Of a DNA stretch of 64,000 nucleotides, positions 56,727 through 64,000 are shown piece after piece (the first letter of the stretch is position 1; every line of letters begins with the position of its first letter). Source of the DNA: Cyanobacteriota bacterium. GTDB taxonomy: Bacteria; Cyanobacteriota; Cyanobacteriia; PCC-6307; Cyanobiaceae. Both the position numbers and the translations under genes were made by a program. The notes under the pieces were generated by a model. That model was not told where the DNA came from. It ran no database searches and saw only the letters and a list, made by a program, of their open reading frames with translations. The stretch is from NCBI GenBank assembly GCA_046052125.1, contig JBJOMY010000001.1:640001-704000 (forward strand), in the 5' to 3' direction.

Positions 56727-56828
56727 GTGGGAGAAGGTCATAAATCAGGATTGCATCCCTGCAAGAGCAAGCCCGTAGGGTGACAACTAGCAATGCTTGG
56801 ATGCCGCTGAGCAGGAGAACCGAGAAAA

Positions 56829-59810
56829 TCAGACTCGTTCAAACTGAAGGACATCATCAAGATTTCGTGCCGGCATGAAGACGGCTTGACTGTCACCAGA
56901 TGCCAATGCTGCGAAATGTGCTTTCCCGCACTCAATCTTGGCTCGCTCTTTGTCTCGAAGATCGTCGGCAAAGAGTCCGCTCTTGGTCTCCACCACGAAG
57001 TACAGCCTTTCGGAACCGTCTTTCTCTACGAGTAGGGCCCAGTCCGGGTTGTAGGAACCCAGTGGCGTCGGCACTTTGAACCAACCAGGCAACTTGGCGT
57101 ACACCTTCACTGCACTGTTGTTCTCGAGCTGGTCACCAAAGCTACGCTCCGTCTCAGAGTCGTAGACCACCTGCTCATAGACGGCCTTGGAAACATCAAG
57201 CAGATTCTTGAGGTAGCCGGTCAACTCTTCTTGTTCGAACAGCTCCTGCGCGTAGTAGTGATCGTCGCCGAGACGCTGATACTTGATGCCATCCACAATC
57301 GCAAGGCGTTTGCAGCGATTGATTGCGTCAGCGGTCAGCTCGATGAACGCTTGCGGATTACGCTTGAACTCGTCAAGACGCAAGCTAGCGCTGAGTATGC
57401 GCTGAAGACTACGCCTCGTAAGCTGGGTTCGGTCCTGCAGTTCCGTCAGCAGATCAGGAAGTTCAATATCGCCCTCATCAAGAACCACAGTGGCGGCCCC
57501 TTGGCGTTCAGTTGCTTCCACACCTGCCTGCCCAATGGCGATCTCGGCCTTACGCCATTGCAGTCGAGTCTTAGGAATCGGCGGTGCTGACTGCACGGCG
57601 CGGAGACAGCTCTCGATCAGTTGTTCATTATCAAACTGCACCCTGTAGGTCGTCTTGTGCTTGATGCGGTCCCACAACGCCTTGAATTCAGGGCTGTGAA
57701 GGACAGCCTGACGGGTACGCACCTGGCGACGCTCATCGGCGTTCTTGATCTCCAGCCGCCCCGCCAGCTTCTTGAGCGTGGCTGTGATTTGCTCGCGCTG
57801 CGCCTCGAATGACTCGGGCAGACTGAGCGTGTCAGTCTTCAGGGCTTGCCGGAGCGAGTCCTGCACTCTGCCCTGGTTGTCGAGATGCCCTGCAGCTTTG
57901 AAGTGCTCCCACAGAACCTTGGACTGTTCAACACCAAGGGGCACTGAAGAGCCGTCAGAGCAAATCACAGAAACGCTGGCAAATTCATGGACTGCCACGA
58001 CACCAAAGCGGATGCCAGTGTCCTGCTCGATTTCCTTCTGCAGATTTTCGGCAAACTGCTCGTAGCTCTCCATTGCTACGACTGTCAGGGTATTGACGTC
58101 GAAGCCTCGGATTCGCTCGCCTTGCTGGTTGACACAAAGGCGGAGACCACGGCCGATGGTTTGGCGTCGCTCGCGCTCAGTCGTGATGTCGCGCAGCGTA
58201 CAGATCTGGAAGACATTGGGGTTGTCCCAGCCTTCTTTGAGGGCTGAATGCGAGAAGATGAACTTCAGAGGAGTTTTAAGAGACAATAACTTCTCCTTCT
58301 CCTTCATGATCAGGTTGTAGGCGCGTTCGGCACTGTCACGATTGGCCTGGTTGTTATCGGAAGTATTTGTCCATCCCCCAGTTCTGTCAATCGAGAAATA
58401 GCCGTTGTGCACCTCCTCAGCCGCATGAGAGAGATCCACTTCTTGAAAAAGTGTGTGGTAATCGGGTAGGGTTGCCGCACGGCGATACTCCTCCTCGAAG
58501 ATGCGCGCATAATCGCCTTTCACTGGGTTGCCGTCGGCGTTGTAAGAGCGGTACTTCGATACCTCGTCAATAAAGAAGAGAGACAAGACCTTGATACCTT
58601 GCAGACGCAGCCGTTTCTCCTTGTCGAGATGCTCTCGGATGGTGCGGCGGATCATCTCGCGCTGAACAGCCAGAACATCCACGTCTCCCCAGGCCTGCCC
58701 CTGCCGCAGAAACTGCTCACCGCCGGGCACCCGCAACTCAAGGTATTCGTTTCCCTTAGCAACACGGATCTCACCGACCCGGCAGTCGGCATAGATAGGG
58801 CGACCAGTAGTCTGCGCGAGATCGTCGCCATCTTGCACAATGACGGTCTGCCGACGAATCCCACCCGCCGCTGTCAACATGTCGAGCTCAACCTGAGCAC
58901 TGATCTGACCGCGTTGACTCTTCACAGACACAAGCCGCACATAGGGCTTGTTGTAAGCATCTTCTACCGTGGCTGAGGCCACTTCGATTTGCTTGACAAG
59001 CCGCTTCTCATAGGCGTCGACAGCATCCAAGCGATAGACCATGTGATGCCTATCAAGATGCGTGGCGGAGTAGCGCAGCGTGCAGAGTGGATTCATGGCT
59101 TCAAGAGCTCTCTTGCCACTCCCTTGCAGGCCACCATCGACACTCTGCGGTTCGTCCACTATGACAATGGGACGAGTTGCTTTGATCAAATCAATCGGCT
59201 TCTCGCCACCTGTCTTTTCGCTATCCTTATAGAGGTTATTGACATCACGTTTATTGATAGCCCCCACGGTCACCACCATTATCTGGATGCTTGCACTGGT
59301 TGCGAAGTTGCGAACCTGACCAAGCCTGGATGAGTCGTAGAGGAAATAGTCGAATGGGATGCCTGCATAGAGCCCTTTGAAGTGCTGCTCCGTGATCTGC
59401 AGTGTCTTGTAGACGCCTTCTTTGATCGCTACCGACGGAACGACGATGACAAACTTGTTGAAGCCGTAGCGCTTATTCAGCTCGAAGATTGTACGCAGGT
59501 AGACATAGGTCTTGCCGGTACCGGTCTCCATCTCCACAGTGAAATCGCCCGAGGCAAGCTCAGCGGTAGGGGGCAAACCATGCCGCAGCTGAATGTCGGC
59601 GAGATTCTTCAGAAGCTCGTCGTCCAGGAGTGTGAGGCGGTTACCGACCCCAAGATCACTTTCAAGACCCGGTATGAATAAGCCACCTAGAGCACTTTTG
59701 GTGACTGTGAACTCGGTGCGGCAGGTCTCTTGACCACGAAACAGATCGCAGACTGCGTCGATGGCGGCGAGTTGATAGTCGAGATTGGCTTCGAAGTGGA
59801 GTTTCATCAC
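56829..59810 (-). CDS. res: Type III restriction enzyme Res subunit
   Basis: FTVEMETGTGKTYVY, IVDEPQ, SHSALKEGWDNPNVF, YNPDWA...VVETK. Confidence 0.92.
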   Translation of the reverse strand: MMKLHFEANLDYQLAAIDAVCDLFRGQETCRTEFTVTKSALGGLFIPGLESDLGVGNRLTLLDDELLKNLADIQLRHGLPPTAELASGDFTVEMETGTGKTYVYLRTIFELNKRYGFNKFVIVVPSVAIKEGVYKTLQITEQHFKGLYAGIPFDYFLYDSSRLGQVRNFATSASIQIMVVTVGAINKRDVNNLYKDSEKTGGEKPIDLIKATRPIVIVDEPQSVDGGLQGSGKRALEAMNPLCTLRYSATHLDRHHMVYRLDAVDAYEKRLVKQIEVASATVEDAYNKPYVRLVSVKSQRGQISAQVELDMLTAAGGIRRQTVIVQDGDDLAQTTGRPIYADCRVGEIRVAKGNEYLELRVPGGEQFLRQGQAWGDVDVLAVQREMIRRTIREHLDKEKRLRLQGIKVLSLFFIDEVSKYRSYNADGNPVKGDYARIFEEEYRRAATLPDYHTLFQEVDLSHAAEEVHNGYFSIDRTGGWTNTSDNNQANRDSAERAYNLIMKEKEKLLSLKTPLKFIFSHSALKEGWDNPNVFQICTLRDITTERERRQTIGRGLRLCVNQQGERIRGFDVNTLTVVAMESYEQFAENLQKEIEQDTGIRFGVVAVHEFASVSVICSDGSSVPLGVEQSKVLWEHFKAAGHLDNQGRVQDSLRQALKTDTLSLPESFEAQREQITATLKKLAGRLEIKNADERRQVRTRQAVLHSPEFKALWDRIKHKTTYRVQFDNEQLIESCLRAVQSAPPIPKTRLQWRKAEIAIGQAGVEATERQGAATVVLDEGDIELPDLLTELQDRTQLTRRSLQRILSASLRLDEFKRNPQAFIELTADAINRCKRLAIVDGIKYQRLGDDHYYAQELFEQEELTGYLKNLLDVSKAVYEQVVYDSETERSFGDQLENNSAVKVYAKLPGWFKVPTPLGSYNPDWALLVEKDGSERLYFVVETKSGLFADDLRDKERAKIECGKAHFAALASGDSQAVFMPARNLDDVLQFERV

Positions 59811-59817
59811 GTAGCTC

Positions 59818-61692
59818 TCACAGGCTCCGCACGTTTGAAATGCCGTGCTGGTTCAAGATGGCTGAGAGATTGGTTTTGGCCACATCGTCGGCAAAAGCAC
59901 TGTCGCGGAACACACAGGTGGTATCTCCAGCTGGGGCAAGGTCCTGATGCCATGCCACCAATCCCTGAGCAAGTGGCTCCACCTCTGCAAAGGTGATTGC
60001 TGGCGCGAGACAGACCATCAAGACACCACCGCCAATATTGTGTACAAGCTTGCCGCCTAATTCTTTCTGTTCAACCGGTACGCACAGATCAAGGCCTAGC
60101 TTCAGTAGCAGCTCATAAAGAATGTCCTGCTCGCTTCGGTCCTGCTTTATATTTTCTGTGTAATCAAGAATGGTTTGGTCGAGATTGCTCGGGTCTGGCT
60201 CCCACGCTCGGATGTTGCTTGAGTCAAGCTTAAAAACGCGAAAGCCAAGATCGCCAGTAAACAACGGGTTCTGACTCTTAATCTTCTTTGCAGCGCGGCG
60301 TAGGCGTTCCTTTGCAACATCCGCAATCGTTCGATATTCAGCTCGACTAATCGGCTCAGGGAGCTGCACAAGGAAATGTCTTATGGCCATGGGTGTAGGT
60401 GCACTTATGCACTCCATTGCCGCATGACCAAACGCCGCTGATCCGCAAAAGAAGTCAAGCACTGTGTCTCCGTTACTGCAGAAAAGCTCGATGAGCTTGC
60501 GCATGAGACGAACAGGTTTAGGCGTATCAAAAGGAGCGTCGCCATCAAAGAGAGCTTTCAGCTCCAGTGTCGCTTCTTTGTTGTGCCCAGCAAACTCAAA
60601 ATCCCACCATGTGTGTGGCGTAATACCACGTTCTGATTCCGATAGAAACGCTTTCAACATGGGCCGGGCATTCTGGTTGACTCCCCACCAGATTCGATTA
60701 TCAGCTACCCATTCATCAAACTGAGGTCTATTGCACCTCCAGTACCGGTTTGGCGGAGGGTCAAAACTCTCGCCTGTTGGCCCAATAATTGTATAGATAC
60801 CGGCTGAATATGGTCTGCTTGCCGAAAGATCCTGGGCACGCCAATCTCCTCGCGGATCATTGTCTGGGTTTCTGTATGCCGCTAATTGCTCACTTGTGCG
60901 ATCCCACGAATTCACCGTGACACTTTGCTTATCGCGCGCATACACGAGAATAAAATCATGCATATCAGATAGCCATTTAGCGGTCACATTTGACACATAG
61001 CGCTTTTGCCAGACAATAGTTGCTAGATGATTTTCTTCGCCGAAGACGTCGTCACAGACCTTCCGTAGATTTGACTGCTCGGAGTCGTCGATTGAGATGC
61101 ATATAACCCCATCGCCACGCAGAAGGCTCCTGGCATTCTGAAGTCTTGGGTACATCATATTTAGCCAGTCCGTGTGAAATCTTCCATTCGCATCTGTATT
61201 GCTGCTTGTGGCCCGCCCGCTCTCTAGCTGGCCTGTTAGCTCCAAGTAGTTTCTGATATTATCCTTAAAGTTGTCTGGGTAGACGAAGTCGTTGCCGGTG
61301 TTGTAAGGAGGATCGATGTAAATCAACTTCACTTTGCCAGTGTAACTCTTCTGCAAGAGCTTGAGCACCTCAAGATTGTCACCCTCGATCATCAGGTTCT
61401 GCGTGGTTTCCCATTCCAGGCTCTCTTCGGGGCATGGGCGCAACGTGCCCGTTGATGGAGTGAGTGCAAGCTGACGTGCCTGGCGTTTGCCATACCAATT
61501 GAGCCCGAATCTTTCATCTGCATCGGTCACGGTGTTGTCACCGACCAGCGCCTTCAGCACATCTACATTCACGGCTGCACCATCCGGCCCTTCGTTCACC
61601 AGTTCTGGAAACAGCGCCTTGAGCCGTTCGAGATTCGCCGCAAGGAGGTCGGGGCTCATGGTCTCGGGGTCGCCGGCGGTCAGTTTCTTCAT
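59818..61692 (-). CDS. mod: Type III adenine methyltransferase Mod subunit
   Basis: IEGDNLEVLKLL, IYIDPPYNTG, FDTPKP, VLDFFCGS; low-GC central target-recognition domain. Confidence 0.92.
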   Translation of the reverse strand: MKKLTAGDPETMSPDLLAANLERLKALFPELVNEGPDGAAVNVDVLKALVGDNTVTDADERFGLNWYGKRQARQLALTPSTGTLRPCPEESLEWETTQNLMIEGDNLEVLKLLQKSYTGKVKLIYIDPPYNTGNDFVYPDNFKDNIRNYLELTGQLESGRATSSNTDANGRFHTDWLNMMYPRLQNARSLLRGDGVICISIDDSEQSNLRKVCDDVFGEENHLATIVWQKRYVSNVTAKWLSDMHDFILVYARDKQSVTVNSWDRTSEQLAAYRNPDNDPRGDWRAQDLSASRPYSAGIYTIIGPTGESFDPPPNRYWRCNRPQFDEWVADNRIWWGVNQNARPMLKAFLSESERGITPHTWWDFEFAGHNKEATLELKALFDGDAPFDTPKPVRLMRKLIELFCSNGDTVLDFFCGSAAFGHAAMECISAPTPMAIRHFLVQLPEPISRAEYRTIADVAKERLRRAAKKIKSQNPLFTGDLGFRVFKLDSSNIRAWEPDPSNLDQTILDYTENIKQDRSEQDILYELLLKLGLDLCVPVEQKELGGKLVHNIGGGVLMVCLAPAITFAEVEPLAQGLVAWHQDLAPAGDTTCVFRDSAFADDVAKTNLSAILNQHGISNVRSL

Positions 61693-61705
61693 CGGGTCTT
61701 GGGGC

Positions 61706-62461
61706 TCAGAGCCGTGTCAGAGCGGAGGCTCGTGCGGCCTCCGCCCGCTTTAGTGCCAGGTTCAGTTCTACCTGGCGAGGCACCTGCCTCTCCTTGGCCG
61801 CAGTAGCCCGTAAGCGAGCGATCTCGGCGTCGAGCCTGGTGGCTTCACGCAATGCCTCCCGTCTGGCCACGGCATGCTCCAGCGAGCCCGGCAAGCTGAA
61901 GCGTCCTGTGAGTTGGGCAGCCAGGAGCGCCTGCACCGCATCGATCCACCCCTGATAGAGCCTGAACAGGTCAGCTCGCGGCTGGGAGCTCAGGGAGAGC
62001 GACGCAAGAAAGGCTGTGGTCGCCTGGCCTGAGCTGGTCGGGGCGACAGCCGCCACCATGTCTGCGTCGAGAACCGTTGCGCCCGCCTCGGCCTGCGACA
62101 AGCGCTTGTGTGCCAGTGAGAGGGTGAGCCCTGCGTTCATCCCCATGAGCAGTAACAGCGGGTAGGGCACGGCGCGGTGAAGGAGCTCTGACAGCCTCTC
62201 GGCTTTGGCTCCGTCTCGCAGGGCCACGCTCAGAACCGCGATCTCCAGGTATTCACGAGTCGCATCACGAAACGCGGGTATGCCGATGGTGGTGGGTTTG
62301 AGAGTCGCCACCCATTGCACCTCTTCGATGCCGTCCCTGATGCGGCGCTTGTCCGCAGCCGTGGGAGCTCCGTGCTCCAACAGCAGCGTCTTGGGTACAC
62401 GCCGGTCCACCAGTGCATTGGGCGGCAGGTCCAATGCGGCAATCAGCTCGGCAGTGTTCAT
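61706..62461 (-). CDS. DUF4391-like protein
   Basis: LHRAVPYP...AHKR...KERQ..RQVELN; typical position between helicase and mod. Confidence 0.75.
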   Translation of the reverse strand: MNTAELIAALDLPPNALVDRRVPKTLLLEHGAPTAADKRRIRDGIEEVQWVATLKPTTIGIPAFRDATREYLEIAVLSVALRDGAKAERLSELLHRAVPYPLLLLMGMNAGLTLSLAHKRLSQAEAGATVLDADMVAAVAPTSSGQATTAFLASLSLSSQPRADLFRLYQGWIDAVQALLAAQLTGRFSLPGSLEHAVARREALREATRLDAEIARLRATAAKERQVPRQVELNLALKRAEAARASALTRL

Positions 62462-64000
62462 GTGCCTAGCTCCGGAAGGATGACGAGGTAGGCAATCACT
62501 TCAAAGTCATCGATCCCGCCAAATTCACCGGCCAAGACATGCGTACCACCCGGCGTGAACAGACTGGCGACCGCACGTTGCTCGGTCTTTCCGGCTACAG
62601 ACCCCACCGCAGTCGCCAGTGATCGCTGCGCATAGCTCATGTCTTCGCCTTGCTTGGTGGCTTTGTCAAAACGAGCGCAGGCTTCGAAATCCGGTTGCTC
62701 GCGACCACTGCAGAGACGCTTCAGCCGATCAAGGATGCGTTTGGCTTGGGTAAAGGGGAGGAGCACTTCACCGGCTTCACTGATGTGGACCAGGTAATGG
62801 GGTGCCATGGGGTAGCCAGGCTCGAAGGCCTGCATGGCAGCCTCCCCCTCTGCCCTCAGGCAGAAAATGATGCCGGGAGGGATGTCAGCCTCGGCTGTTG
62901 TGGCGACGGCCATCGTGCCCAGTGGCAACGTCTCAAGAACGTCGGGATGAGCGCGCAGGTACTCCGCGAGGTCGATGCGGAAGTCGCTGAGCGTCAAGTC
63001 GGCAATAGAGACTCCGGTGGAAAGGTCCTCGAGATCGATGACTGCGTCTTGCAGCTTGAGGAGCTGCTTGCGCCGATACTCAAGATCATTCATGGGGTTG
63101 CCTGATTGCTGTTCAATCAGGTTTTCTTCGCCGGTGGCTGAGATATCAAGCAGCACCATGCGTCCGCTGACGCGCTGCTCCAGATTGATGTATTCCTCTA
63201 GCTCCATATTAGGCCAGAAGTTCACAAGCTGGATCTGTGTATTAGGTGAGCCCAGTCGGTCAATTCGGCCGAAGCGTTGGATGATGCGAACAGGGTTCCA
63301 GTGGATGTCGTAATTGATCAGCCAATCGCAGTCCTGTAGGTTCTGGCCCTCAGAGATGCAGTCGGTAGCGATGAGCAGATCGATCTCACCCTCGCCAGCA
63401 AGGGCAGCAGGCCGTTCCTTTGATCTTGGGGAAAAAGCAGAGAGGATCGACGCTAGGTCCTTTCGCAGTTGAGGCAACGTGGTTTGGATTCCGCCCGTTC
63501 CTGTAACCAGTGCTGTATCAATGCCATGGGCCTCAGTTGCCCACGGAGCCAGCTGCTCATAGAGATACCTGGCGGTATCAGCAAAGGCAGTGAAGACAAT
63601 CACCTTCCGGTTTCCAGGGTTGATCGGCTGCCGGCACTTTTGCGAGATGAGCTCGCGTAAAGCGTTGAGCTTGGCGTCCCGTTCTGGATGGATCTCCTGT
63701 GCCGCAGAGACGAGCTTGGTTAGCCTGTCACGGTCCTCAAGCAGGTCCTGCTTCCAGCGCACAAGGTCTACATCCTTCAGCAGCACTTTGACCTTCCGGC
63801 CCACGAGAAGGCTCTCGAATGTTGGATCGTCAAATTCCAAACTCTCGATGTCCAGCTCTTCGAGCTCATCGGCTTGTGCTTCGATTCGAGCAAGAGTTGC
63901 TTCCACATCGCTCAGCTGGCGCTGAAGGGTCAGCGCAAATGAGGACACGGCACTCTCCATCCGCTTAAGAACGTTGACGCGCAGAAGATGAATCAAGCTC
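62458..64000 (-). CDS. SNF2-family helicase, C-terminal part (5' end outside the window)
   Basis: KVIVFTAFADTA, IATDCISEGQNLQ, WNPVRIIQRFGRIDR. Confidence 0.88.
   Translation of the reverse strand, partial: SLIHLLRVNVLKRMESAVSSFALTLQRQLSDVEATLARIEAQADELEELDIESLEFDDPTFESLLVGRKVKVLLKDVDLVRWKQDLLEDRDRLTKLVSAAQEIHPERDAKLNALRELISQKCRQPINPGNRKVIVFTAFADTARYLYEQLAPWATEAHGIDTALVTGTGGIQTTLPQLRKDLASILSAFSPRSKERPAALAGEGEIDLLIATDCISEGQNLQDCDWLINYDIHWNPVRIIQRFGRIDRLGSPNTQIQLVNFWPNMELEEYINLEQRVSGRMVLLDISATGEENLIEQQSGNPMNDLEYRRKQLLKLQDAVIDLEDLSTGVSIADLTLSDFRIDLAEYLRAHPDVLETLPLGTMAVATTAEADIPPGIIFCLRAEGEAAMQAFEPGYPMAPHYLVHISEAGEVLLPFTQAKRILDRLKRLCSGREQPDFEACARFDKATKQGEDMSYAQRSLATAVGSVAGKTEQRAVASLFTPGGTHVLAGEFGGIDDFEVIAYLVILPELGT

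Noticed and set aside
59818..61692. Phase-variable mod gene
   Set aside because: No simple sequence repeat tract seen in or before the gene
1..64000. Dense HIP1 (GCGATCGC) repeats, reverse transcriptase/DGR/retron, IS transposases, rRNA
   Set aside because: Only scattered GCGATCGC sites noticed (not counted); no RT, transposase or rRNA signatures seen

Overview
This GC-rich window looks like the mobilome of a picocyanobacterium (Cyanobium/Synechococcus-like). That host call is inferred from the cyanobacterial AbrB paralogues, SigF-like sigma factors and a cyanobacterial-type tyrosine integrase. From left to right: (1) an SNase-Excalibur nuclease and AbrB, an AAA-WYL protein and a LysR-like regulator (1-4.3 kb). 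(2) A complete class 1 DISARM operon (drmD-drmMI-drmA-drmB-drmC), with an EVE-domain gene and a DUF262/HNH (GmrSD-like) gene inserted between drmMI and drmA (4.5-20.7 kb). (3) A phage-like integrative element of about 30 kb (21.2-51.8 kb). It carries an integrase, excisionase, helicase, VRR-NUC, a P4-alpha-like primase-helicase with an adjacent 11-copy TCTAAC iteron cluster, both terminase subunits, portal, scaffold and major capsid. It also has fibre-like and peptidoglycan-targeting proteins, two incomplete SigF-like sigma factors and two low-GC cargo cassettes, but no recognisable tail tube, sheath, tape-measure or baseplate genes. (4) An att core formed by the 3' half of tRNA-Lys(UUU) at 51728-51772. 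(5) Beyond it, TA genes, an endolysin, a second AbrB and SNase, and a helicase-DUF4391-Mod-Res type III R-M locus, probably the end of a second related element in tandem. All product calls come from reading motifs by eye; no database search was run.
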